Shown here: positions 1 to 9,918 of the stretch, in pieces | Layout: every line of letters starts with the position of its first letter | How positions within the stretch are numbered: position 1 is the first letter of the stretch | Source of the DNA: an uncultured Muribaculaceae bacterium | GTDB taxonomy: Bacteria > Bacillota_I > Bacilli_A > RF39 > UBA660 | Direction of reading: 5' to 3' | Assembly: GCA_964417835.1 (NCBI GenBank) | Contig: CAYQJD010000001.1 | Coordinates: 2,888 to 66,887 of the forward strand | DNA: 64,000 nt | The notes under the pieces: model-generated | What the model was told of the DNA's origin: nothing | Database searches by the model: none | The model's input: only the letters and a program-made list of their open reading frames with translations | Translations under genes and position numbers: made by a program

Positions 1-139
1 ATATATGGAATTTTATTTAAAAATATATCTATAATTATAAATAAATATATTTTATCTTTATTTAAATTTGGTAATAATAAAATACTAAAACAAGATAATA
101 TATTTAAATAATTATTTATTAAATTATCTAATATTAGAA

Positions 140-808
140 TCATTTGAACTCACCTACTATTAATACATAATTTAAATTATTAAAATCAACTTCAGTTTCA
201 ATATATATTTTTTTAGATATAGTTTCTGATTCTATCTTTGTTACTTTACCTATATAAATTTTTTCTTTAATAGTGCCATATCCACTAGTATAAACTTCAT
301 CATTAACAAAAACTTTATCATAATTACTAATATCACTAATTATAAATACATCATTTTCATAATCATAGTTCAGTTTCCCATAAATTTCATTTATAACTAC
401 ACTTAAATCTTTAATATCTTTTATTGTTGTCATTTCAGAAATTTTATCTTCAACTTTACTTATTCTTCCAATTAATCCAAACTCATTTGTAACTGCTAAA
501 CCTTCTTCTATCGAGTCTTCTTTACCATATTGAATTATATACTTTGATGTATTATATGATTTTTTAAATATTATTTTTGAAACTTTATAATTGTATCCTA
601 TTTTATAAAGATTTTTAGAAAACTCTGTTAAATCATTATATTCTTTTTCTAAATATTTTATTTTTTCATCTTTTAATTTTATAATTCCGTCCTGATAACT
701 ATTATCAAGTTTAAATATTCCTAAAATATTACCATAAAAAAAACAAATATTATTTCTAAATAGAATAACTAAAATAAATATAATTATATATATCCCTATT
801 TTTTTCAT
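140..808 (-). CDS. mreC: Rod shape-determining protein MreC
   Basis: N-terminal membrane anchor and coiled-coil region. C-terminal beta domain carries the MreC-type motifs GLIGRI..V and VYTSGYGTI..IGKV. Overlaps radC by 4 nt, the usual radC-mre neighbourhood. Confidence 0.75.
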   Translation of the reverse strand: MKKIGIYIIIFILVILFRNNICFFYGNILGIFKLDNSYQDGIIKLKDEKIKYLEKEYNDLTEFSKNLYKIGYNYKVSKIIFKKSYNTSKYIIQYGKEDSIEEGLAVTNEFGLIGRISKVEDKISEMTTIKDIKDLSVVINEIYGKLNYDYENDVFIISDISNYDKVFVNDEVYTSGYGTIKEKIYIGKVTKIESETISKKIYIETEVDFNNLNYVLIVGEFK

Positions 809-1482
809 CTACTTTCACACTCTCTAAAAAAACTATAGTAATCTTTTGAATTAGTAATAAGATGATCTAAAAGAGGTATTCCAACAATATTACATGATGT
901 AATTAATTTATTAGTCATTTCAATATCTGCTTTACTTGGTATAATATCTAAAGAAGGATGATTATGAATAATAATAATCCCTGAAGCGTTACATTTTATT
1001 GCATTATAAATTATATCTCTTGGATGAAACAAAGTTTGATCTTTAGTTCCTATAGTTATTATCTTATAAGAAAGTAATCTTTTTTTATTATCTAAATATA
1101 TAGCTAAAAGTTTTTCTTGGTTAAGTCCAACAAATATACTTTTAAAAGTTTCATGAACTATATCAGAATTATTTAAAGTCATTTTATTTTGTATTAAAAC
1201 ATTATTTACTCTTATTCCAAGTTCTATACTTGCTTTCAAAGTTATAGCTTTTACTAACCCTACTCCTTTTATTTTACTTAATTCATAAACATCTATATTT
1301 TTTAAATCATTTATATTTTCTAAAAAAGACAATATATTTAAACTAACTTCTTTAACTGAATTATTTTTGCTACCAGTTCTTAGTATTATAGAAATTAATT
1401 CTTCATTAGTCAAATTCTCTACACCTACATTTAAAAATCTTTCTCTAGGTAGTTCACATTCTGGTATTTCTTTTAATTTCAT
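805..1482 (-). CDS. radC: RadC-like JAB/MPN domain protein (UPF0758)
   Basis: N-terminal helix-hairpin-helix region (GVGLVKA) and C-terminal JAMM motif HNHPS..(S/D). Length 225 aa is typical of RadC. Confidence 0.85.
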   Translation of the reverse strand: MKLKEIPECELPRERFLNVGVENLTNEELISIILRTGSKNNSVKEVSLNILSFLENINDLKNIDVYELSKIKGVGLVKAITLKASIELGIRVNNVLIQNKMTLNNSDIVHETFKSIFVGLNQEKLLAIYLDNKKRLLSYKIITIGTKDQTLFHPRDIIYNAIKCNASGIIIIHNHPSLDIIPSKADIEMTNKLITSCNIVGIPLLDHLITNSKDYYSFFRECESR

Positions 1483-1904
1483 AAACTCTCCCTATATTTT
1501 TCGATAATTAATTTATTTATTTCCAAAAAAACTATTTCATTTTCATTACTCATCACACTTTCATATTCTTTTATTTCTTTTTTTATTTCTAAATTAGATA
1601 TTTCTATATCTTTTAAATAATAATCTATTCCTTGACTATTTAAATAAGATGACATATTTTCAATATTATTTTCATTTTTTAAAATAGCTACATAAACTCT
1701 ATAAAGTTCATTATCTGTAATAATTATTGAATTCTTATATTTTGATGAATATGTTAAAGCTGCTTCGTAACTTGTATAAACCCCTACTTGAAAAGCTTTA
1801 TAAGTATCTTTAAATAAGTTTACAAAATATTTCGTATTACATATCTGATATCCTAGTAAAATACCTAAAATAAAAACTATTAGAGGTTTAATTAATTTTT
1901 TCAT
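1479..1904 (-). CDS. Membrane-anchored SPOR-like domain protein
   Basis: Single N-terminal TM helix followed by a roughly 70-aa segment (FQVGVY...ALTYSSKY...LYRVYVAIL) that matches the SPOR peptidoglycan-binding consensus (vQvGaf...lyRV.vGpf). Translationally coupled to radC. Confidence 0.45.
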   Translation of the reverse strand: MKKLIKPLIVFILGILLGYQICNTKYFVNLFKDTYKAFQVGVYTSYEAALTYSSKYKNSIIITDNELYRVYVAILKNENNIENMSSYLNSQGIDYYLKDIEISNLEIKKEIKEYESVMSNENEIVFLEINKLIIEKYRESL

Positions 1905-2063
1905 ATTATCACCAATTTAATAATAAAATAATAAACAAATATTTTTTGTCGAAATAACCTCTTTATTAATATATTTTTATATTATTTGGAATTCCTTTAA
2001 AAATGAATATTATTGAATATTTTTAAATATTTGACATAATATTCATTGAAAGGTTTGTGACTT

Positions 2064-3542
2064 ATGGAAAAGAAAGAAATAATAGAAAGTATATCTAAAA
2101 GAGGGAACGGATGTATTTTCTTAGGTGTAGTTGGTGCTGTTAGAACTGGAAAAAGTACTTTTATAAAAAAAGTTATAGAAACTTTAGTTGTTCCAAACAT
2201 TGCTGATGAAAATGATAAAAAAATGTGCTTAGATGAAATACCTCAAAGTTCCGCAGGAAAAACAATTATGACTACTGAACCTAAATTTGTACCCTCAAAT
2301 GGAGCGAATATAAAAATAGATGAATTCGTTACTAATATAAAACTTATTGATTGTGTAGGTTATGTTGTTGATAGTGCTAATGGATTTCAAGATGAATTAG
2401 GTAATCCTAGATTAGTAAAAACTCCATGGTATGAAGACGAAATACCTTTTGTAGAAGCAGCAGAAATTGGTACGGAAAAAGTTATAAAAGATCATTCTAC
2501 TATAGGAATTGTTGTTACAACTGATGGTTCTATTGGAACTTTAGGAAGAAACGATTATATTGAAGCTGAAGAAAAAGTTATAACCGAATTAAAATCTTTA
2601 AATAAACCATTTATTGTCATTTTAAATAGTACTCATCCTAGCAGTGATGCAACTATTAATATACAAAATGAAATAACTAAAAATTATGATGTTCCAGTAA
2701 TTTCAATGGATATACAAAATATGAATGATGTAGAAATGTATACAATTTTAAAATCAGCCTTATACGAATTTCCTGTAACAGACGTATCTATTAATATTCC
2801 AGAATGGATTCATGTTTTAGATAAAAAACATGAAGTAAAAAAACACTATCTTACTAAAATAAAAGAATGCATAACAAATGTTGAAAAAATTAAAGATGTC
2901 GATAATATGATTGATTATTTTAAAGATAGCGAATATATTGATAAAGCATATATCAGTGATGTAGATCCTGCAACTGGAGTGGTCACATTAAATCTAAATA
3001 GCAATGAAGAACTTTATAATAAAATATTAAAAAGTATTATGGGAGACGTAGACTTAACAAAAGCAGGTTTAATAAAAATATTCACTGATTATTCAACAAA
3101 CAGAGACGAAACCGAAAGTATTAAAAGTGCATTAAAAATGGCAAAAAATACTGGTTATGGTATAGTCTATCCAAGTTTAAAAGATATGAAATTAGAAACT
3201 CCAGAAATAATAAAACAAGGTTCTCGTTATGGAGTTAAATTAAAAGCCGTTGCAAGCAGTATTCATTTATTAAAAGTTGATGTAGAAAGTTCATTTGAAC
3301 CAATTATTGGTACAGAACTACAAAGTAAGGAATTAATAGACTACATAATGAAAGATTATGAAACAGATCCTTCTAATATTTGGAAAAGCGAAATATTTGG
3401 AAGAAGCTTAGATGAAATAGTAAAAGAAGGTATTCAAGCAAAACTATCTATGATGCCAGAAAGTACGCGTTATAAATTATCAACAACAGCTACAAAAATA
3501 GTAAATAAAGGCTCAAATAATTTAATTGCTATTGTTATATAA
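2064..3542 (+). CDS. spoIVA: Stage IV sporulation protein A (spore coat morphogenetic ATPase)
   Basis: 492 aa. N-terminal Walker A motif IFLGVVGAVRTGKSTFIKK is characteristic of SpoIVA. Length is identical to canonical SpoIVA. Confidence 0.9.
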   Translation: MEKKEIIESISKRGNGCIFLGVVGAVRTGKSTFIKKVIETLVVPNIADENDKKMCLDEIPQSSAGKTIMTTEPKFVPSNGANIKIDEFVTNIKLIDCVGYVVDSANGFQDELGNPRLVKTPWYEDEIPFVEAAEIGTEKVIKDHSTIGIVVTTDGSIGTLGRNDYIEAEEKVITELKSLNKPFIVILNSTHPSSDATINIQNEITKNYDVPVISMDIQNMNDVEMYTILKSALYEFPVTDVSINIPEWIHVLDKKHEVKKHYLTKIKECITNVEKIKDVDNMIDYFKDSEYIDKAYISDVDPATGVVTLNLNSNEELYNKILKSIMGDVDLTKAGLIKIFTDYSTNRDETESIKSALKMAKNTGYGIVYPSLKDMKLETPEIIKQGSRYGVKLKAVASSIHLLKVDVESSFEPIIGTELQSKELIDYIMKDYETDPSNIWKSEIFGRSLDEIVKEGIQAKLSMMPESTRYKLSTTATKIVNKGSNNLIAIVI

Positions 3543-3545
3543 AAA

Positions 3546-3572
3546 ATATCATTTTTAGGATGATATTTTTTT
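3546..3572 (+). terminator. Rho-independent terminator of spoIVA
   Basis: Perfect 7-bp stem ATATCAT/ATGATAT with a 7-nt loop, followed by T7, starting 4 nt after the spoIVA stop codon. Confidence 0.6.
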
Positions 3573-3957
3573 ATTAACTAAACTAAATTACAATAATGGA
3601 TTAGACTTTGTTCCATTTCCTAAACAACAGATTTTAAAACAATTTTAGGTCGGATTCTAAATCACTACTGACATATGAACCGGAAGTGCCTAATTGGCCA
3701 CCATGGCATCACTATCATAACTTTGAAATACGTTATCATCATTATAAAAGTAATAATTATCTTTTTTAGAATTAACTTTTCCTCCTGCAAACGCTATTTC
3801 ACTTATATTTATCTAATGACAACCCTTCTTTATCTAATGATAAAGAAGAAATTTCTTACTTTTATTTATCGTTTTATTTTTTTAATTATTTCAATTGTTT
3901 CTTTAATAGCACTATAATTCATTAATTTCTACTTGTTTTGCATTTAAATCCTTATTT

Positions 3958-4557
3958 TTAAAGTAATACATTTTTAATGATATTTACAATAATTTCTTTC
4001 ATTTTATTATAATCTAATGAACTATGTTTATGATAAACAACCTCGTGACAGTAATTATCAATAATTCCGTAAATAACATGAACTTTTTCGTAGATATTAT
4101 CTGTTTCATAACCATTATTTATTAAAATATTAGATATTTTTTTCGTAGCATTAATTTCATATTCGTTAAAAATAGATGCAACTTCTTTATCTAAATGACT
4201 TATTGATTGTAATTCTTCATGAGCGGTTTTGGTAAAAGTATGTTTTTCTACAAAATTATCTATCATTTTATTTAATAGTAATTCCATGTTACCATTATCT
4301 ATCTTTTGATCTTCTAATATATCAATCATTGGATATAAAATAGATGCTGCATAATCTTTTATTCCATTTAAAAATATATCCCTTTTATCTGTAAAATATT
4401 GATAAATTATTCCTGTAGAAACGCCTGCATATTTGGCAATATCAATACAAGTTACATTGTGATAACCTTTTTCACACATTAATTCAAAACCTTTTTTTAT
4501 AATTTTGTTTTTCTTTTCAATTGAAGTTTTTTTAATTGGTTCTCTTATTTCGTTCAT
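3958..4557 (-). CDS. TetR/AcrR family transcriptional regulator
   Basis: N-terminal HTH with TetR signature (GYHNVTCIDIAKYAGVSTGIIYQYF). 199 aa. Last gene of the ABC-ZIP operon. Confidence 0.85.
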   Translation of the reverse strand: MNEIREPIKKTSIEKKNKIIKKGFELMCEKGYHNVTCIDIAKYAGVSTGIIYQYFTDKRDIFLNGIKDYAASILYPMIDILEDQKIDNGNMELLLNKMIDNFVEKHTFTKTAHEELQSISHLDKEVASIFNEYEINATKKISNILINNGYETDNIYEKVHVIYGIIDNYCHEVVYHKHSSLDYNKMKEIIVNIIKNVLL

Positions 4558-4570
4558 GATAAACCTCCTT

Positions 4571-5362
4571 TTAAGAAAGTGCTACATCTAAAACCATCAT
4601 TAATACAAAACCTATGGATAAACCTAAAATACATAAATTAGAATGATGTCCTGTATGAGTTTCTGGTATTAACTCTTCAATTACCACATAAATCATAGCT
4701 CCAGCGGCAAATGATAGCAAATATGGAAGAATTTTTGTAACTAAATTAGTAAGTAATATTGTAATAATGGCCCCAATAGGTTCAACAATTCCTGATAAAG
4801 TTCCCATTATAAATGCTTTATTTTTTGATTTTCCTTCCGTTTTAAGAGGCATGGAAATAATAGCTCCTTCTGGAAAATTTTGAATAGCTATACCAATAGA
4901 AAGAGCAAATGCTCCCGCAAGAGTAATAGTGGGATTATTTGCTAGAGTACCTGCAAATACTACTCCTACTGCCATTCCTTCTGGTATATTATGAAGTGTT
5001 ACAGCTAAAGTTAATTTAGATAATCTACTAATGTTACTTTTTATTCCTTCACTTTCTATATTATCTTTATGTAAATGAGGAACAATAAAATCTAATATCA
5101 ACAAGAAAAATATTCCAATCATAAAACCAACAGAAGCTGGTAAAAAGTTTATAACATTTTGCTCTTCTGCCATTTCAATTGATGGAATTAATAGTGACCA
5201 AATAGATGCTGCTATCATTACTCCTGATGCAAATCCTAATAATAATTTTTCTATTTCTTTATTTAATTTATCTTTTAAAAGATAAACCATAGCAGACCCT
5301 AGTAATGTCCCTAAAAAAGGCATAAATATGCCTATTAATATTTCTTTCATAGATTTATTCAC
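4571..5362 (-). CDS. ZIP family metal (zinc/iron) transporter, ZupT-like
   Basis: About 8 TM helices. Duplicated HNxPEG motifs (LHNIPEGMAVG and IQNFPEGAIIS) are typical of ZupT/ZIP. Overlaps the upstream permease gene by 8 nt. Confidence 0.8.
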   Translation of the reverse strand: MNKSMKEILIGIFMPFLGTLLGSAMVYLLKDKLNKEIEKLLLGFASGVMIAASIWSLLIPSIEMAEEQNVINFLPASVGFMIGIFFLLILDFIVPHLHKDNIESEGIKSNISRLSKLTLAVTLHNIPEGMAVGVVFAGTLANNPTITLAGAFALSIGIAIQNFPEGAIISMPLKTEGKSKNKAFIMGTLSGIVEPIGAIITILLTNLVTKILPYLLSFAAGAMIYVVIEELIPETHTGHHSNLCILGLSIGFVLMMVLDVALS

Positions 5363-7745
5363 TTCCTTTTAGGCTTGATACCATATCTATTTTATTTATT
5401 TTCCTAGCTAGAATTTTTGATACTATATATGAAGTTATAAATGTAACTAATGCTGAGATTATATATGTGCTAGGTAAAATATAGGTACCAAAATCAAAAT
5501 TATCTTCCAAACAAGCAATAAACAAATATGATGTTAGATAATAACCTAATGGTAATCCTATGATGATTGATAGTATAGTAATCCAGATATTTTGTTTAAC
5601 AAATATATTTTTAATTTGTTTATCTTTAAAGCCTAATACTTTTAATGTTGCAAACTGATATTCTTTTTCTGAAAAAGATAAAATAGACATATTAGATATA
5701 ATAATGATTCCTAATATTATGGCAAATATAACAATTATTATAATCATTGTCATCATCATGCTCATCATACTTTCTAAATCATTTCTTAAGTTTTCTTTAT
5801 TGCTAATTAATTCTACATTTTCAATTGTTTTAACATTACTTAAATCTTTATTAGTATAAATAGAATCTGGTGTATATTTAATATCTAAACTTTCTAAATA
5901 TTCTTTTGTCATAGTGATATTTTGTGTTTGAGGGTCTTTATTAAAACCAACTATAATAGACTCATAATATTCTTTTTCACCATATATATGCCATTTGATT
6001 GTATCACCAATTTTATAATTATTATTTTCAGCTAATTTATATGTTACATACACTCCATCACTTGAATCAATATCAATATAATTTTCATCATCATCTAAAA
6101 ATCTTACCAAATCATTAGCATTCGTTACAAATATAATATTAGATTCTTTCACATTGTTATCTAAAACGTATTCAATACCTAAAGTCATACTAGAACTATT
6201 ACCATAAGTATTTAATAATTCATTTATTTTAGTTTCTTCTAAATCACTTTTTAAAATTAGTTTATATTTGAAATTGTATAATTCATTAAATTGTAAATCA
6301 ATAAAATGATTCATTGAATTAAGCATTCCTAAAGCACAAACAATTAATAAGGAACATCCACTTACCCCAACTATGGCAGTTATTGTTCTAAATTTATTTC
6401 TAAATATATCTCTTATATTCCAAATAGATGTAAAATTTAATTTTTTAAATATTCCTTTAGTAGTTATATTTAAACTACCACTTTTAACATTAGGAAGTTC
6501 CGTGCGTAAAGCATCAGCGGGTTTTTTTATCAATTCCTTTCGACAAGTTAAATAAGTTACAAATGATATTCCAATAACAACCAAAGAAGCAACAACATAG
6601 CTTGATGGAACTATTATGGCTCCATTATTAGGTAGTTCAAAATATTGCATTTCCATTGACATAAATACATTTCCTATAAAATATCTACCAGCTATTATTC
6701 CGGCAATAGCACCTATTAGTGATACCCAAAATCCATAACCAATATAGTGCTTAATTACCTTAAAATTAGAAAACCCTAAGGCTTTTAAAGTACCAATTTG
6801 CATTTTTTCTTTTTTGATTACTCTAGTCATCGTAGTAATTACAGAAAGTAGTGCAATTCCTAAAAATAGTCCAGAAAATATACCAACAAAGGCTTGTCCT
6901 TCGTTCATTTCGCCCTCATACATTGTGTATGACGCTGTATTTTCTATTTTAGTTATAGCAAGTGTATTAGCATTTTTCTCTTCTATCAAGGCTTTTACTT
7001 TATCTACATTATCTTTACTATCGACATCAACCATTAAATAATAAAACGCATAATCTTTATAATCAAATTCAGGCATTATTTCATTAAACATTTCATTTGT
7101 TATATTAGTTCCTTGTTTTTGTGATAAAGAACTTATCATTTGATTTTTAATATAACTTTGAGGAAGTTCATTAATTGATAAATAAACAAAACCAGATTCT
7201 TTTCTATTAGGCATTAATGATGAAGCATCTTTTAAATCATATAAATGATCTGGTACATTTATTAAAGCAACTATTTCTTCTTCTAAGGTGATGGTATCAT
7301 ACTTAATTTTAATGGTATCTCCAACACTCAAATTATTTTCTTTAGCATAAAATTCATCTAACCAAGCACCCGATACATTAACATCAAACTCTTGCCCTTG
7401 GACAATATAAAATTTATCAATGTTATTACTTTCAACAAAGTTTAAAAAATAAGTAATATTTCCAGAATCATCAGTTGCGTTAACGCTTAGTAATCTTTCT
7501 ACATCTTTAACATGTTCTATTTTTTTTATTTCTTCTAAATCTTCTTTAGTATAACCGTTTGTACCAATTAAATTTAAATCTTGTAAGTTGTAATTTTGAT
7601 AAAATGTGTCAGACGCTTCTTTCATCCCAGCTGTATATGCTTCAATTCCAACATAAACCATAACGCCTACTAAAACCATAGCAAAAATAGTAAAAAACTG
7701 TGATTTATTTTTCCATATATCTCTAAATAACTTTTTCTTTAGCAT
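5355..7745 (-). CDS. ABC transporter permease, FtsX/MacB-like, with large extracytoplasmic domains
   Basis: 796 aa. N-terminal TM helix, long periplasmic-type domain, then the 4-TM FtsX-like core, duplicated (MacB/YtrF-type architecture). Sits immediately downstream of the ABC ATPase. Confidence 0.8.
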   Translation of the reverse strand: MLKKKLFRDIWKNKSQFFTIFAMVLVGVMVYVGIEAYTAGMKEASDTFYQNYNLQDLNLIGTNGYTKEDLEEIKKIEHVKDVERLLSVNATDDSGNITYFLNFVESNNIDKFYIVQGQEFDVNVSGAWLDEFYAKENNLSVGDTIKIKYDTITLEEEIVALINVPDHLYDLKDASSLMPNRKESGFVYLSINELPQSYIKNQMISSLSQKQGTNITNEMFNEIMPEFDYKDYAFYYLMVDVDSKDNVDKVKALIEEKNANTLAITKIENTASYTMYEGEMNEGQAFVGIFSGLFLGIALLSVITTMTRVIKKEKMQIGTLKALGFSNFKVIKHYIGYGFWVSLIGAIAGIIAGRYFIGNVFMSMEMQYFELPNNGAIIVPSSYVVASLVVIGISFVTYLTCRKELIKKPADALRTELPNVKSGSLNITTKGIFKKLNFTSIWNIRDIFRNKFRTITAIVGVSGCSLLIVCALGMLNSMNHFIDLQFNELYNFKYKLILKSDLEETKINELLNTYGNSSSMTLGIEYVLDNNVKESNIIFVTNANDLVRFLDDDENYIDIDSSDGVYVTYKLAENNNYKIGDTIKWHIYGEKEYYESIIVGFNKDPQTQNITMTKEYLESLDIKYTPDSIYTNKDLSNVKTIENVELISNKENLRNDLESMMSMMMTMIIIIVIFAIILGIIIISNMSILSFSEKEYQFATLKVLGFKDKQIKNIFVKQNIWITILSIIIGLPLGYYLTSYLFIACLEDNFDFGTYILPSTYIISALVTFITSYIVSKILARKINKIDMVSSLKGSE

Positions 7746-7746
7746 A

Positions 7747-8457
7747 TTACCACACTACCTCATCAATGGATGCAGGTTTTTTGATTTCTATATTAGATTC
7801 CACTTTACCATTTTTAAGTCTTATTACTCTGTCAGCTATTTCAGCAATTAATGCATTATGGGTAACAATTACAACCGTATTTTCCCCATTATTAGCATCA
7901 CATTGTTTTTTTAATAGTTTTAAAACCTCTACTCCTGTTTTTGAATCAAGAGCCCCAGTCGGCTCGTCACACAAAAGTAGTAATGGATCTTTGGCTATTG
8001 CTCTAGCAATTGATACTCTTTGTTGCTCTCCACCTGATAATTGATTAGGAAATTTATTTAAATGTTGAAGAAGCCCAACACTTTTTAGAATATTTTTAGC
8101 ACTTTTTGGTTTTTTTACTATGTCATTTACAATTTGGACATTTTCTAAAACTGTTAAAGTTGGTAATATATTATAAAATTGGAAGATAAAACCTACATTT
8201 TCTGCCCTATAAGTCGTAAGCTCAGAATCACTATAATTAGATATTACCTCATCCCCTACAATAATCTTACCACTAGTCACTTTATCCATTCCTCCAAGTA
8301 AATTAAGTAGTGTTGATTTACCTGCTCCAGATGGACCTAGTATTACCACAAATTCACCTTTATTTATAGTGAAGCTAGCCCCATCTAAAGCATTAAAACT
8401 TTTTTCTCCTATTTGATAAGTTTTTTTAACATTTTGAAATTTAATAAGTTCTTTCAT
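7747..8457 (-). CDS. ABC transporter ATP-binding protein (MacB/LolD family)
   Basis: Walker A GPSGAGKST, ABC signature LSGGEQQRVSIARA and Walker B LLLCDEPTGALD. Confidence 0.93.
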   Translation of the reverse strand: MKELIKFQNVKKTYQIGEKSFNALDGASFTINKGEFVVILGPSGAGKSTLLNLLGGMDKVTSGKIIVGDEVISNYSDSELTTYRAENVGFIFQFYNILPTLTVLENVQIVNDIVKKPKSAKNILKSVGLLQHLNKFPNQLSGGEQQRVSIARAIAKDPLLLLCDEPTGALDSKTGVEVLKLLKKQCDANNGENTVVIVTHNALIAEIADRVIRLKNGKVESNIEIKKPASIDEVVW

Positions 8458-8469
8458 TATATCCTCACT

Positions 8470-8497
8470 TTCAATATGAAATTTCTTTCATATTGAA
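8470..8497. promoter_or_regulatory. Perfect 12-bp inverted repeat (TTCAATATGAAA-n4-TTTCATATTGAA) in the 5' leader of the ABC-ZIP-TetR operon; candidate TetR operator
   Basis: Seen directly in the sequence. The dyad is centred about 27 nt upstream of the ABC ATPase start codon, just beyond a GGAGG-like RBS. Confidence 0.4.
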
Positions 8498-8719
8498 ATT
8501 ATATTACATTTAATAAAATATAACAATATCTATTATGAATTTTTTTTGTATTTGTTTGTATTTTATTAATTCACAAAATGAAAACAAGGAGTTATTTCAT
8601 TAAATATAAGTAGATAAAATTATTTATCATAACAAAAAAGATAAAATCATCCTTAAGAACAATTTTCATGATATTACTTAATCAACAGAAATTATTAATA
8701 TATTTAATTTTTAATTCAA

Positions 8720-9910
8720 TTATTTTTTCTTCTTTCTAAAAACAATTAAACATAATAGTGATATAACTATAATTATTATTAAATTTCTATAATCTCTTTT
8801 ATTTATTATAATATTTTTTTTATTAAAAAATACATCTTCACTTGATAATAATTTATCTTGATAAAATATTTTAATTGAACCTATCTTATCATTTTCTTTA
8901 AAAGAATCATCAATACTAACAATACCTTCATAATATACTTTTAAATAATTTAAATTAATATTATTGCTCATATAATAAGTAATATCTTTATTTGATTTTA
9001 TTTCATAATCATATACTTTATTATTACTTTTATAATTTATGGTATCTACTAATTTATTATCTTTTAATATAATTCTGTTAGAATAATTTTTCTTAAAATA
9101 ATTTAATATTGTTAACTGATCTATTAAATTTTTAGCACTATCTTGTTTATCTATAGCATCTAATGTAATTAAAAGTAACTCATTATCATCTAATTTACTA
9201 ATAGTACTTAAAGATAATCCACTTAATGATGTAAAACCGGCCTTAGATCCATTAAATTTTATATTATTCTCATTTTCTAAGTTATTTTTAGTAACTATAT
9301 TATTTAAATTATTACTTATAGTCTTATCTAAACATTCCATATTGTATTTTTTTTTGGTATATATATCATAAAAATTTTTATTATTTAATGCATAATCTAA
9401 TAATAAATATAAATCATAACTTGTAGAATAATTATCATTATCTTTACCAATTGGATTAGAAAACTTAGTATCTTTCATACCTAAATCATTTGCTAAAAGG
9501 TTCATTTTTTCTATAAAGATATCATAATCAGAAAATACATTATTAGCAAGTACCATTGCACTATCTGCAGCACTAAACATTAATGTACTATATAATAAAT
9601 CTTTATAACTTATTTCTAGTCCGTCATAAAGTTCAATAGTAACATATCCACTTAATCCAACTAAATCTTTTTCATCTACTATAATCTTACTTTCTAAACT
9701 ATTTATATTTTCTAAGCTCACTATAACTGTCATTAATTTAGTTAAACTTGCTATTGGTAATTTTTCATATTCATTTTTACTATATAATATTTCATTATTT
9801 TCTCTATTAACCAATATTGCACTTTTACTCTCAATATTTAAATCAAGTCCAAAACAATTAAATGGAAATAACAAAATAATTAATGTTAATGTTAAAAAAA
9901 ACTTTTTCAT
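8720..9910 (-). CDS. Serine-type D-alanyl-D-alanine carboxypeptidase (PBP5/DacB/DacF family)
   Basis: Signal peptide, SxxK motif ASLTKLMT, KTG-like GSKAGFTS, and a C-terminal hydrophobic anchor. Confidence 0.7.
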   Translation of the reverse strand: MKKFFLTLTLIILLFPFNCFGLDLNIESKSAILVNRENNEILYSKNEYEKLPIASLTKLMTVIVSLENINSLESKIIVDEKDLVGLSGYVTIELYDGLEISYKDLLYSTLMFSAADSAMVLANNVFSDYDIFIEKMNLLANDLGMKDTKFSNPIGKDNDNYSTSYDLYLLLDYALNNKNFYDIYTKKKYNMECLDKTISNNLNNIVTKNNLENENNIKFNGSKAGFTSLSGLSLSTISKLDDNELLLITLDAIDKQDSAKNLIDQLTILNYFKKNYSNRIILKDNKLVDTINYKSNNKVYDYEIKSNKDITYYMSNNINLNYLKVYYEGIVSIDDSFKENDKIGSIKIFYQDKLLSSEDVFFNKKNIIINKRDYRNLIIIIVISLLCLIVFRKKKK

Positions 9911-9918
9911 AAAAACCT

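Noticed and set aside
3675-3917. 80-aa plus-strand ORF in the spoIVA-TetR spacer
   Set aside because: Extremely Ile/Phe/Lys-rich low-complexity translation of AT-rich DNA. No RBS. Most likely non-coding. The spacer is discussed as a possible RNA or remnant instead.
6373-8044. Short ORFs 6373..6555, 6814..7041 and 7766..8044 on the plus strand
   Set aside because: Fully embedded antisense within the well-supported ABC permease and ATPase genes. They have no independent signals.
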